Shown here: piece after piece, positions 18,244 to 27,395 of the stretch
Numbering within the stretch: the first letter of the stretch is position 1
How the letters are laid out: each line of letters begins with the position of its first letter
Assembly (NCBI GenBank): GCA_020440645.1
Contig: JAGRNR010000009.1
Location: 5,092-69,091 of the forward strand
Origin: a bacterium
GTDB lineage: Bacteria > 4484-113 > JAFGCY01
Direction of reading: 5' to 3'
DNA: 64,000 bases
Notes under the pieces: generated by a model
What the model was told of the DNA's origin: nothing
Databases searched by the model: none
Seen by the model: only the letters and a program-made list of their open reading frames with translations
Position numbers and translations under genes: made by a program

Positions 18244-20775
18244 ATGAACAGTCAGTTTTCCCTGACTGTCAACACTAAGTGCAAGCACCTTGTTAATACA
18301 TGGTTTATCATTCTGGCAATACTCTGCTGCGCGGAGGAGCACGTGTCTCACACAACCCGGAACTTGAAACTTGTCGCAATTGCGTTGACAATTTGCATGC
18401 TTGCTGCGACTGAATCTCAGGCAGCACCTGATGTGCCAACACGTGCCGGCGAGAACTTCCTCGAGATCCGCCAGCCGGATGGAAGCTACAAACCGATCTT
18501 CGTGAAGGGTATGAGCCTGTCTGCGGCACTTCCCGGCAAGCACCCCAGTGAATTCCCACACGACGAGCAACTCTTCCGGGACTGGCTGAAGAAACTGGCG
18601 GACATGAACTGCAATGTGATCCGCCTTTATACAATTCTGCCGCCCGAAGTCTATCGCGCCCTGCGCTACCACAACACCACCTATCCGGACCAGACCATCT
18701 GGCTGATCCAGGGCTGCTGGGTCACTCCGCCGACGGACCCCGACTACGATTTCTGGGGCCAGAAGTTCAACGATGAAGTTGAGCTGAACTCGCGCCATGC
18801 AGTAGACCTGGTCTATGGAAATGCGAACTTTGATGACAGGCCGGGCTGGACGGGCGGCCGCTATGACGCGGATGTGTCCCCCTGGCTGCTGGCCTGGCTG
18901 TGGGGCCGCGAGTGGGAACCCGATGACATCGAGCGCTTCCACGAGCTGACCAACCGCCGCGAGTACAAGGGCCGCTACATCAGCGCGATCGATAAGCAGC
19001 CGATTGACTGCTGGCTGGCCAAGATGTGCGATTACGCCGTTTCCTACGAAATGGACCAGTACAACAAGCAGCACCCGATCACCTACAGCTCATGGCCGGT
19101 GACTGACCCGATGGAGCATGTCAGCGAGAGCAAGCTGTCCGTCAACTCGGCCGAGAATGAGGGCCGCGTGGACATCTTCAGCAGTGACACGATCCAGATG
19201 ACCGTGAAGGACTTCACCGTCTCGCCGGACTTCAAGGCCGGTGTGTATGCCTCATACCATATTTATCCTTACTGGCCCGACTTCTTCGACAATGAGGTCG
19301 AGTACAGCCTGTGCAAGGACCGCTTCGGGGTCAGCAACTACTACGGTTACCTGACCCACCTGAAGGAGCATTACGGCACGATGCCGCTGCTGGTTGCCGA
19401 GTATGGCCTGCCCAATGGTCCGATGCCGGCGCACAAGCAGAAGCAGGGCCTGCACCACGGCGGCCACTCCGAGGAGGAAGTGATTGACGGCATGGAACGG
19501 CTGACCTATGACATCTGGGACAGCGGCTGCGCCGGTGCGATCGTGTTCGCCTGGATCGATGAGTGGTTCAAGAAGACCTGGATCTGGGCTGATTTCTATG
19601 ACCCCTGGGATGACCGCCGGCTTTGGTACAACCAGTATGACCCGGAGGAGAACTACGGCATGATCGCCCTGCTGCCCGGCGAGGGTGGCCCGAACAACAC
19701 GCTCAGCGGCAATGACGCTGAGTGGGAGGATGTCAGCGTCCTGCCCGGCGATTCGGTGGCCGTCGCTGACAACGCCCCGGTGATCACGAGCGTCAAGGCG
19801 ATGCATGATGAAGGCTGGTTCCACCTGCGCATCCGGCTGGACAACTTTGATGACTGGGACTTCGACAAGACGGAGCTGAGCATCGGTTACGACATCCTCG
19901 ACAGGCTGGGTGGCAACTTCGCCTGGCCCGGCCCGCTGAAGTTCCTCAGTGACAGCGGCCTGGAGACCGTAGTGCAGATCAAGAGCGGCCAGGCCTACAT
20001 GTACCAGACCGAGACCTGGCGCTTCTGGCGACCCTTCAATGATGAGGTGTCCAAGTCCATCTCGCTCGGTGAGGCCAAGCCGCACTACCTGCAGATGGAG
20101 GAGAACCGCTGGAGCTGGTTCGAGCCCTGGGTGGAAACCAACATCTACCGGCTCGGGCGTGACGGGACCTTCTTCCCGTCCCAGTCCTTCAAGCTCAACC
20201 CGCTGCCGCGCGGCACCCTGATCGAGGGCCAGCCGCGATACACCCAGCAGGCAATCTGGAACTCCGACCCCGATAGCAAGGTAGTGGAGATCCGCATGCC
20301 CTGGATCCTGCTCGGTTTCGTCGGCCCGCACCAGCGTCGCGTGTTGCAAAGCGATATCGACGAGCCCTCGAAGAATTCAAGTGTGGTGACTGATGGCATC
20401 GGCGTGGGACTGGCGATGTCCAGCGCGCGCGGTGATGCGCTTGCGGTCTGGCCCGGCATGGATGTCTATGACGCGGACGACCCAAACAGCATCCTCAGCT
20501 CACAGTTCGACGGCTGGAACCGCATCCTGACCAGCAAGAGCGGGATCTACACCTGGGACGAGTGGGGCGTGGAGGATATCCGGTACCACGGACGCATCAA
20601 GCCGATCTATTACGCGATGCGTGACCTGTTCGGAAGCATTGAACAGGTGCGACCACTTTGGAAGGATGGGCCGCAGCGCCAGCCGGTTCCGGATGGCACG
20701 GAGATGCCGGAGACGCCTCCGCTGGCTGAGCCCCTCAAGATCGACCACGCGGCGATCCTGCGCCAGCAGAACTGA
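18244..20775 (+). CDS. Large secreted glycoside-hydrolase-like protein (TIM-barrel type, family not assignable)
   Basis: 843-aa ORF. A possible alternative TTG start near 18364 would give MKLVAIALTICMLAATESQAAP (signal peptide). It has a candidate catalytic-Glu context LLVAEYGLP and is rich in Trp and aromatic residues, as is typical of carbohydrate-active enzymes. Divergent from the EPS operon across an AT-rich spacer. Confidence 0.6.
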   Translation: MNSQFSLTVNTKCKHLVNTWFIILAILCCAEEHVSHTTRNLKLVAIALTICMLAATESQAAPDVPTRAGENFLEIRQPDGSYKPIFVKGMSLSAALPGKHPSEFPHDEQLFRDWLKKLADMNCNVIRLYTILPPEVYRALRYHNTTYPDQTIWLIQGCWVTPPTDPDYDFWGQKFNDEVELNSRHAVDLVYGNANFDDRPGWTGGRYDADVSPWLLAWLWGREWEPDDIERFHELTNRREYKGRYISAIDKQPIDCWLAKMCDYAVSYEMDQYNKQHPITYSSWPVTDPMEHVSESKLSVNSAENEGRVDIFSSDTIQMTVKDFTVSPDFKAGVYASYHIYPYWPDFFDNEVEYSLCKDRFGVSNYYGYLTHLKEHYGTMPLLVAEYGLPNGPMPAHKQKQGLHHGGHSEEEVIDGMERLTYDIWDSGCAGAIVFAWIDEWFKKTWIWADFYDPWDDRRLWYNQYDPEENYGMIALLPGEGGPNNTLSGNDAEWEDVSVLPGDSVAVADNAPVITSVKAMHDEGWFHLRIRLDNFDDWDFDKTELSIGYDILDRLGGNFAWPGPLKFLSDSGLETVVQIKSGQAYMYQTETWRFWRPFNDEVSKSISLGEAKPHYLQMEENRWSWFEPWVETNIYRLGRDGTFFPSQSFKLNPLPRGTLIEGQPRYTQQAIWNSDPDSKVVEIRMPWILLGFVGPHQRRVLQSDIDEPSKNSSVVTDGIGVGLAMSSARGDALAVWPGMDVYDADDPNSILSSQFDGWNRILTSKSGIYTWDEWGVEDIRYHGRIKPIYYAMRDLFGSIEQVRPLWKDGPQRQPVPDGTEMPETPPLAEPLKIDHAAILRQQN

Positions 20776-20801
20776 CCGTTGTCAATTCCAGGTTAAGCAA
20801 T

Positions 20802-20821
20802 GTGCCGGAGCAATCCGGCAC
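20802..20821 (+). terminator. Stem-loop (7-bp GC-rich stem, 6-nt loop) 27 nt after the glycoside-hydrolase-like gene stop; no U-tract
   Basis: GTGCCGG-AGCAAT-CCGGCAC perfect inverted repeat directly downstream of the 20775 stop. It lacks a T-run, so intrinsic-terminator function is uncertain. Confidence 0.3.
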
Positions 20822-21051
20822 GGGAATGCGCGCACGGCCGGCGCCGGTCAAATCCGCATCTAATCAGAGCAAGTGGCGCCAGTTGCTGAAGAACACGTAC
20901 CAGCAGCCGTTAAATATCCCAGCAACCACGACCGCGATCAGGATGTAGAGCAGGGTATCCCTGGCTATCCGCATCCGATCAGTATAGTCCATCGGGCAGC
21001 TCGAGCCGGCTGCCGGAAGGTGTCGTGGAATCCACGGGATGGCTCACGGCA

Positions 21052-21825
21052 ATGGATATTGCAAGCCTTGTAGGAGTGCTGATCTGCTTCGGCGGAGTGT
21101 TTGCAGGCTTCTCGATCGAGGGCGGGTCACCGACGCAGCTGATGGCTATCAGCGCTGCATGCATCGTGTTCGGCGGAGCCGGCGGGGCCACGATGGTGGC
21201 CTTCCCGCTGTCTACCTCGATCAACCTCTGGAAGGTGATCATGCAGTGCTTCATGCGCCCCAAGGTCGACCCGATCCCGGTGATCAAGAAGTTTGTCGAG
21301 TTCTCCGAGAAGGTGCGCCGCGAGGGCCTGCTTGTGCTGGAAGAGGATGCCAACAACGAAAGCGACCCCTTCCTGCGCAACGGCCTGCAGCTGGTGATCG
21401 ATGGCAATGACACCGAACTCGTGAAGGACATCCTGCATACGGACATCAAGTTCGTGGAGGAGCGCCACCACGTCGGCCAGGCCTACCTGCAGACGATGGC
21501 GGGCTTCACGCCGACCTTCGGGATCGTGGGCACCGTGATGGGCCTCGTGCTGGTGCTGTCAAACCTCTCCGACCCCGGCAGCCTCGGCCCGATGGTGGCG
21601 GCGGCATTCATCGCCACGCTCTATGGGGTGGGCAGTGCCAACGCCCTTTTCCTGCCATGGGCCTCCAAGCTGAAGATTGCCAGCAAGGAGGAGGTGCTCG
21701 TGCGCGAGATCATGGTGGAGGGCATCCTCTCGATCCAGGCCGGTGACAACCCGCGCATCGTGCAGGAGAAGCTCGCGGCATTCCTGCCGCCCAAGGAGCG
21801 TTCCCACGTCAAGCAGGAAGGCTGA
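21052..21825 (+). CDS. motA: Flagellar motor stator protein MotA/PomA
   Basis: ORF 21025..21825. The MotA N-terminus is MDIASLVGVLICFGGVFAGF. The C-terminal TM3-4 region with the conserved plug/loop is GFTPTFGIVGTVMGLV ... ATLYGVGSANALFLP. Confidence 0.85.
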   Translation: MDIASLVGVLICFGGVFAGFSIEGGSPTQLMAISAACIVFGGAGGATMVAFPLSTSINLWKVIMQCFMRPKVDPIPVIKKFVEFSEKVRREGLLVLEEDANNESDPFLRNGLQLVIDGNDTELVKDILHTDIKFVEERHHVGQAYLQTMAGFTPTFGIVGTVMGLVLVLSNLSDPGSLGPMVAAAFIATLYGVGSANALFLPWASKLKIASKEEVLVREIMVEGILSIQAGDNPRIVQEKLAAFLPPKERSHVKQEG

Positions 21826-21851
21826 CGGGGAAGCCCCGCGAGGAGTGATAC

Positions 21852-22784
21852 GTGTACATACCACAGGCACCACAAGGCAATGAAGGCGGCGATGAGCGCT
21901 GGCTGATCAGCTATGCTGACATGATCACGCTGCTCACCGTCGTGTTCATCATCCTGTTCTCGATGTCCAACATCGAGATGGAGAAGTTCAAGGCCCTCGC
22001 CGAGAGCATGACGGACGGCATGGGTGCCAACCGCAAGAGCACCACACTTGACCCCGAGCAGAGCATCGGGGAGGACGCCAGCACGACACCGATTGACATC
22101 GGCACGATCAGTGGCGGCGAGTCGCCCTCGATCCTGTTCCCCGAGCACCAGACCCCGATCCAGATCTTCCGCTTCCGCCGCATCATGGAGGGCGAGAACG
22201 GGGATGAGGGACTGCTGGAGAAGCTGCGCGACATCCTTGACAACGAAGCCCGCCGGGAAGGCGAGCAGATCATGCAGGAATTCGGGCACGACGAACGCGT
22301 CAGCATGCGCTTCACGGAACGCGGCATCGTGCTGACCTTCCTTGACGACCAGCTGATGTTCGACAGCGGCAGCGCCGACATGAAGCCGGGATTCCGTAAT
22401 GTGCTGGCAGCCCTCGGCTCGGAGCTGAACCGCCTGCCGAACTCGGTCGAGGTGCTGGGCCACACGGATGACCGGCCGATTGCCAGTGCCCGCTACCCCA
22501 GCAACTGGGAACTGTCAGCCGCACGCGCGGCAAGCGTTGCCAGGCTACTGATCGCCAATGGATTCCCGCGGGACAAGGTCAGCGTGGCCGGCTATGCCGA
22601 CACCCATCCGCTGGCGGGCAACGACAGCGTGCATGGGCGGGCCGCCAACCGCCGGGTGGAAATCGTGATCCTGCGGGGCTATAACGAACCGGCCGCGGAT
22701 GACACGGAGGAACCGGCCCAGCCGCTAGTCGGGCCACAGCCCAGCCCGGGCATGCCGGTGCACAGCCTGGGGGCGGGACACTGA
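21852..22784 (+). CDS. motB: Flagellar motor protein MotB (OmpA-like peptidoglycan-binding domain)
   Basis: GTG start with AGGAG 7 nt upstream. N-terminus ERWLISYADMITLLTVVFIIL (MotB plug/TM). C-terminal OmpA-like domain (VEVLGHTDDRPI ... NWELSAARAASVARLL ... NRRVEIVIL). Confidence 0.85.
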   Translation: MYIPQAPQGNEGGDERWLISYADMITLLTVVFIILFSMSNIEMEKFKALAESMTDGMGANRKSTTLDPEQSIGEDASTTPIDIGTISGGESPSILFPEHQTPIQIFRFRRIMEGENGDEGLLEKLRDILDNEARREGEQIMQEFGHDERVSMRFTERGIVLTFLDDQLMFDSGSADMKPGFRNVLAALGSELNRLPNSVEVLGHTDDRPIASARYPSNWELSAARAASVARLLIANGFPRDKVSVAGYADTHPLAGNDSVHGRAANRRVEIVILRGYNEPAADDTEEPAQPLVGPQPSPGMPVHSLGAGH

Positions 22785-22785
22785 G

Positions 22786-23097
22786 ATGGAGGATGCATGG
22801 TACAGCAGGAACTGGTTCAGGCTGGTAGTCCTGCTGCTGCCGGTCTGCCTGGTCGTGCTGCTGGCCTGGGGCTGCCCAGGCGGGGAAGGCACCGGGTTTG
22901 GCCAGAATTTCATGGACGTTGCCAGTACCGGGCACAGCACGATTGACGACTACCGCTACGTGGCGGACAGCAGCCGGCACCTGTACTGGCCTAACACGCC
23001 GAAGTACCGCAACCGGATCAGGAGAGAGGACCGCGTGTACATCCTTGACTATGACACGCTCAAGGAGTTCCACGGCTACAAGCCGGGAGAGAAATAG
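22786..23097 (+). CDS. Small hypothetical membrane protein (103 aa) in the mot cluster
   Basis: Starts 2 nt after the motB stop. One TM segment (WFRLVVLLLPVCLVVLLAWG). Confidence 0.45.
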   Translation: MEDAWYSRNWFRLVVLLLPVCLVVLLAWGCPGGEGTGFGQNFMDVASTGHSTIDDYRYVADSSRHLYWPNTPKYRNRIRREDRVYILDYDTLKEFHGYKPGEK

Positions 23098-23165
23098 GAC
23101 ACAAGTTCGAAAACTGCAGGTTATAGATACTGTTGAGTTGAACCCCCGAAGAGAGGGATTTTTAT

Positions 23166-24071
23166 ATGGCTGACAATCAGGCAATTGACGTTGATGAGGT
23201 GCAGGAAAGCAAGCCTGCCAAGAAGGTCCGCAAGGCTGCGGGCGGAGGCGCAAAGCCGCCGCTGATGATGATCGTCTCACTGGCGGTCGCGGTGGCAGCC
23301 ATCGCCTTCAGCGCACTGCTGTTCATGCAGCTAAACGGGCTGAAGGCAAAGCTGGAGGACAGCGGCACACTGGCAGTGCCCGGCGAGGAGGATGCGATGC
23401 ACGCCGACGACGGGCATGGAGAGCACGGGGATTCCCCCGACAACTTCGTGATCCCGGCGGAGGGCGTGCTGTACGAGCTCGGCGAGTTCAAGACCAACAC
23501 CGCTGACAACGAGTTCGTGCAGATGAACGTGATCCTCGAGATTGACAGCCTCTACGACCGCCATGAATGGGAGGTCTACGAGGCGATGATGGAGAAGTAC
23601 GACAGCGGCGTGCAGCTCTACCGCAACTACCAACTCGGCCTTGACGAGGAGGGCAACCCGAAGGACGGGGGCAAGGGCGGACATGCCGCCCTGCCACCGG
23701 AGGATGTCCAGCAGTTGGACCCGGCGCCGGCCGATGGCCCGGTGGAGGTTGTCACTGCAGCGGCGGGCAGCACGGACGGGGTGGAGGTGGTGCCGGCGAT
23801 GCACGGCGCCCCGAAGGAGGCCCCGCCGCCGGAGATGCCGGAGCTGCCGGAGAAGCCGCGCTCGATCATGGAGATCCGCCTGATGGAGAATGAATCGCGC
23901 ATCCGTGACATGATCATCGACGAGATCGCGCGCACGGTGTCCGACGACTTCATCCGCCCGAGCGGCAAGGACCTGTTCAAGGACAACATCCGCATCAAGA
24001 TCAATGACATCATCGGCGAGCAGTACGGCCGGGTGACCGAGGTGCTGCTGCCCAACATCGTCAGTTCATAG
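23166..24071 (+). CDS. fliL: Flagellar basal-body-associated protein FliL-like
   Basis: Single N-terminal TM (PPLMMIVSLAVAVAAIAFSALLF). FliL-type core segments EFKTNTADNEFVQMNVILEID and C-terminal IRDMIIDEIARTVS ... RVTEVLLPNIVSS. It carries an unusual acidic, Pro/Ala-rich insertion. RBS GAGAGGGA upstream. Confidence 0.6.
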   Translation: MADNQAIDVDEVQESKPAKKVRKAAGGGAKPPLMMIVSLAVAVAAIAFSALLFMQLNGLKAKLEDSGTLAVPGEEDAMHADDGHGEHGDSPDNFVIPAEGVLYELGEFKTNTADNEFVQMNVILEIDSLYDRHEWEVYEAMMEKYDSGVQLYRNYQLGLDEEGNPKDGGKGGHAALPPEDVQQLDPAPADGPVEVVTAAAGSTDGVEVVPAMHGAPKEAPPPEMPELPEKPRSIMEIRLMENESRIRDMIIDEIARTVSDDFIRPSGKDLFKDNIRIKINDIIGEQYGRVTEVLLPNIVSS

Positions 24072-24082
24072 GAGGGCCTGCG

Positions 24083-25750
24083 ATGAGGGGAAGGAGCCTG
24101 TGGGCTGCACTGGCGGCCCTCGCGCTTGCGCTGGCCGGTTGCGGCGGCGGTGCACGCTACATACAGTTCAGTCCGCAGGAGCAGACCGTCACCAGGCTGC
24201 AGAGTGACGGTGGGCGGATCACGGCGATCATCCAGCCGGGCACCCTGGCTGACGACGTGGAGATCGCGCTGCGTGACCGCAGCGAGGGCGACCGCGGACT
24301 GCCCGGAGTGGAGGGCCGCAGCCTGGCAATCTCCTTCGAGATCAGCGGCAGCATGCCGGCCCCGCCGGTAGAGACAGCTGATGATGGCAGTGCAGCGGTT
24401 TCCGCGGTACAGGGACGCTTCATCCCGGTCGAGCTGAGTGGCAGCATTGAGATCGAACTGGCGCTGGCCAGCGCCTGGCCGCTGGCAACGCCGCTCGATG
24501 TGCAGTCGTGGAATGAGTCCAGCCAGCGCTACGAGGAGGCCGGCCTGTCCGCCAGCCTGGCGGAAGGCGGCCTGAGCCTGAGCTTCAGCATCACGAACTT
24601 CGGGCGCTATGCACTGTACGGCCCGCTGCCGGTGGAGTATCCGCTGGCGGCACCACCGGCACCACGGTTATCTGCCGCATCCACGCAGCTGCGCGGCCTC
24701 GAATGGGACAGCGTGCCTGGTGCGGCGGGCTTCAACCTGTACCGCAGTGCGGCCGGAGAGGAATCCTTCAGCAAGCTCAATGAGGAACTGCTGCAGGCCG
24801 GCAGCCATACGGACATCCTGCCTACAGCCGGTGGATATGAGTACGCACTCAGCGTGCTGCGTGACAACGGCATCGAAAGTGAGTTGTCAGCCGTGCTGGC
24901 CAGTCCGGCGGTGGACTTCGACCTGCTGCGCGAGTTCATGAGCCCGCAACTTGATGCACCGGGCAGCCTGCTGTTTGATGCTGCCAACCGGCGCCTGCTG
25001 GTCTGCGACGAAGCGGATCCGGCCCTGTTGGCCTTCGATGAGGAGGGCCACCTGCTGCGCCGCATAGACAAACTGGGCAGTGCCGCAATGCGTGAGCCGG
25101 CAGCGCTGGCAATCGACCCCGGCACCGGCGAGGTGTACCTCTGTGACAATGGCTACAGCCAGGTGTTCCGGCTCAACAGCCAGCTTGACTTCCGCTCCAA
25201 GTTCGGCGCGGGTGGCAATAGCCCGGCCGAGTTCGATGTACTGAGTGGCATCTGCTGCGATGGCGAACGGATCGTGACTCTGGACAGCGGACGCAACCTG
25301 CTTTCGACTTTCACCCCGCTTGGCGTCTACCTGGACGCGCCATTGGATCCGCTGGATGCACAGCTTGCGTTGGCCGGGGCATCCGGCATCCTGCTCATGC
25401 CCGATGGCGGCATGGTGCTGGCCGATACTGGCAATGACCGTGTGCTGCTGCTCGACAGTGAGTTCGCCGCTTCCGCCGAACTGGCCCGCCCTGCCGGCAA
25501 CGGAACACTCACTGCGCCACGCGCTGTGGTGGCTGATGTATTCGGCCGCCTGTTCGTCAGCGAACCTTCGATGGGACGGGTGAGCGTGTTTGACAGCAGC
25601 GGGGAGTACAGCTTCCAGTTCGGCAGCGATGGCCTGCTCAATGTGGAGTTCGGTGCCGCAGGTCCGACGGGGCTGGCCTATGACCCGGCGACGGGCTACC
25701 TGTATGTCAGCGACCCCTCGGCTGGGCGGATCGCGGTGTTCGCCAGCTAG
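24083..25750 (+). CDS. NHL-repeat beta-propeller lipoprotein
   Basis: Lipobox LALALAGCGGG. Repeated NHL-type strands: LLVCDEADPALLAFDEEG, YLCDNGYSQVFRLNS, VLADTGNDRVLLLDSE, LFVSEPSMGRVSVFDSSG and LYVSDPSAGRIAVF. Confidence 0.75.
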   Translation: MRGRSLWAALAALALALAGCGGGARYIQFSPQEQTVTRLQSDGGRITAIIQPGTLADDVEIALRDRSEGDRGLPGVEGRSLAISFEISGSMPAPPVETADDGSAAVSAVQGRFIPVELSGSIEIELALASAWPLATPLDVQSWNESSQRYEEAGLSASLAEGGLSLSFSITNFGRYALYGPLPVEYPLAAPPAPRLSAASTQLRGLEWDSVPGAAGFNLYRSAAGEESFSKLNEELLQAGSHTDILPTAGGYEYALSVLRDNGIESELSAVLASPAVDFDLLREFMSPQLDAPGSLLFDAANRRLLVCDEADPALLAFDEEGHLLRRIDKLGSAAMREPAALAIDPGTGEVYLCDNGYSQVFRLNSQLDFRSKFGAGGNSPAEFDVLSGICCDGERIVTLDSGRNLLSTFTPLGVYLDAPLDPLDAQLALAGASGILLMPDGGMVLADTGNDRVLLLDSEFAASAELARPAGNGTLTAPRAVVADVFGRLFVSEPSMGRVSVFDSSGEYSFQFGSDGLLNVEFGAAGPTGLAYDPATGYLYVSDPSAGRIAVFAS

Positions 25751-27348
25751 AGCCGGCAGTCCAGCAGCAGCACGGTGATGTTGTCTGGCCCGCCGGCTGC
25801 ATTGGCGGCGTCCACCAGCGCCTGGGCCGTGACAGCCAGGCTGGCCTGCGCATTGGCGGCCAGCACGGCGGCGATCTCAGAGTCGCGCAGCGCATCACTC
25901 AGCCCGTCACTGCAGATGAGCAGGCGTTCGCAGGGGCCGGGGCGGAAGCTGTAGACATCGGCCTGGATCTCCAGCCCGTCGCCACCGAGGCAGCGAGTGA
26001 TCACGTTCTTGCGCGGATGGTCGAAGGCCTCATCCTCGCTCACGCTGCCGTTGTCAACCAGCTCCTGCACGAAGCTGTGGTCACGGGTGATGCGCTTCAG
26101 CGACTGCGCCGTGACCAGGTAGCAGCGGCTGTCCCCGACATTGAACACCGCCGAGCTGGCGGTCGTGTCACTGCTGAGCGTGCTGCCGGAGCCGAGCATC
26201 ACGAAGCCGCACAAGGTGGTGCCCATCCCGGCCAGCGCGGCATCGATCGCCGAGCGCTCGATCAGGGCACGGTTGATGCCGGGGATGATCGTGGCCAGCT
26301 GCATTGGCAGCACGCCGGTGTCCTGCGTCCTGGTGCTGGGTGCCGTCAGCGCGGCCTGCAGCTGCTGGCGCAGCATGGCCAGCGCAAGCGAACTGGCGAT
26401 CTCCCCGCTTTCATGACCCCCCATCCCGTCGGCCACGGCGGCGATGCTCAGCGAACTGCCGATTGCACTGTGCTGGCGCATGTCCAGCATCAGCCAGGCG
26501 TCTTCATTGTGCTGGCGCCGCATGCCGTTGTCAGTGGTGGCATGGCCCTCGAGCCTGATCCGGTGCAGGCAGCGCTGGATCTCGCTTGCCAGCATGCCGA
26601 GGCTCAGGCCAGCATTATTCTGCAGGCCGTCCAGCAGCCTGTCCAGTTCAGTCGCGATGTTTGCGGCGGGCAGCAGTTTCGGTGCCGCCAGCAGGCTGTC
26701 AACGAGCGGCCTGAGCAGGGTGACGATCTCCGAGGCGTCCGTCGGCTCTCCGGGCTGCAGTTCGCCAAAGCCCGTGAAGCGCAGTTGCCAGCCTGCCGGA
26801 GCGGTGTCCAGCCTGCGGCAGAAGCCCAGCGCATCCGCATTCAGCCGCCAGCCAAGTCCGCCGGCCTCGCAGCGCGCGAAACCTGTCGCCAGGTCATGCA
26901 TTGCATTCAGGATGTCAAGTACGCGCACGCGCAGCTGGCCGGACTCGATGCCCGCGGAGAATTCGCGGAAGCCCAGGTCCACCGGCTCGAGCGCGGCACT
27001 GAGTACAGCCGTGTCGTCAGCCAGCAGGTCACGCAGGCCGAACATTGCACCGCCCTCCAGCAGGATGCCGGGCAGTGCGTCAGCGACTGCACCGCCCTGC
27101 TCCAGCACCAGCTTGAGGAATCCGTCGGCAGCGTCCCCGGTTCCGATGCTGACGCGCTCCAGGCGCATGCCGTCCCAGCGCTGGATGGTCTCGCTCTCCT
27201 CGCGGTAGCTTGCGACATTGATCAGCGGGTCCGTCGGGTCGTCATCGGCAGGCATGGACGGAGCGGCAGCCGCGGCATCATGTGCAGCGGCCTGCTGGGC
27301 CGGCTCCTCATCTTCCCTGCGCCTGAACGGGTTCCACGACATCTGCAT
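25747..27348 (-). CDS. PP2C-family Ser/Thr protein phosphatase with an N-terminal domain of unknown function (about 280 aa)
   Basis: C-terminal PP2C motifs RRQHNEDAW, VADGMGGHESGEIAS, NVGDSRCY, CSDGLSD and GGPDNITV. Tail-to-tail 4-nt overlap with the NHL gene. Confidence 0.75.
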   Translation of the reverse strand: MQMSWNPFRRREDEEPAQQAAAHDAAAAAPSMPADDDPTDPLINVASYREESETIQRWDGMRLERVSIGTGDAADGFLKLVLEQGGAVADALPGILLEGGAMFGLRDLLADDTAVLSAALEPVDLGFREFSAGIESGQLRVRVLDILNAMHDLATGFARCEAGGLGWRLNADALGFCRRLDTAPAGWQLRFTGFGELQPGEPTDASEIVTLLRPLVDSLLAAPKLLPAANIATELDRLLDGLQNNAGLSLGMLASEIQRCLHRIRLEGHATTDNGMRRQHNEDAWLMLDMRQHSAIGSSLSIAAVADGMGGHESGEIASSLALAMLRQQLQAALTAPSTRTQDTGVLPMQLATIIPGINRALIERSAIDAALAGMGTTLCGFVMLGSGSTLSSDTTASSAVFNVGDSRCYLVTAQSLKRITRDHSFVQELVDNGSVSEDEAFDHPRKNVITRCLGGDGLEIQADVYSFRPGPCERLLICSDGLSDALRDSEIAAVLAANAQASLAVTAQALVDAANAAGGPDNITVLLLDCRL

Positions 27349-27395
27349 TCTGCTCCGGGCCGCTAGCGGCCAGCCACACGGAGTATACTTCCCGC

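Noticed and set aside
18229-20349. Minus-strand ORFs of 281 and 365 aa inside the GH-like gene
   Set aside because: Antisense artefacts. The plus frame has protein-like, Trp/Tyr-rich enzyme composition and a signal peptide.
26017-27366. 449-aa plus-strand ORF
   Set aside because: Antisense to the PP2C phosphatase gene.
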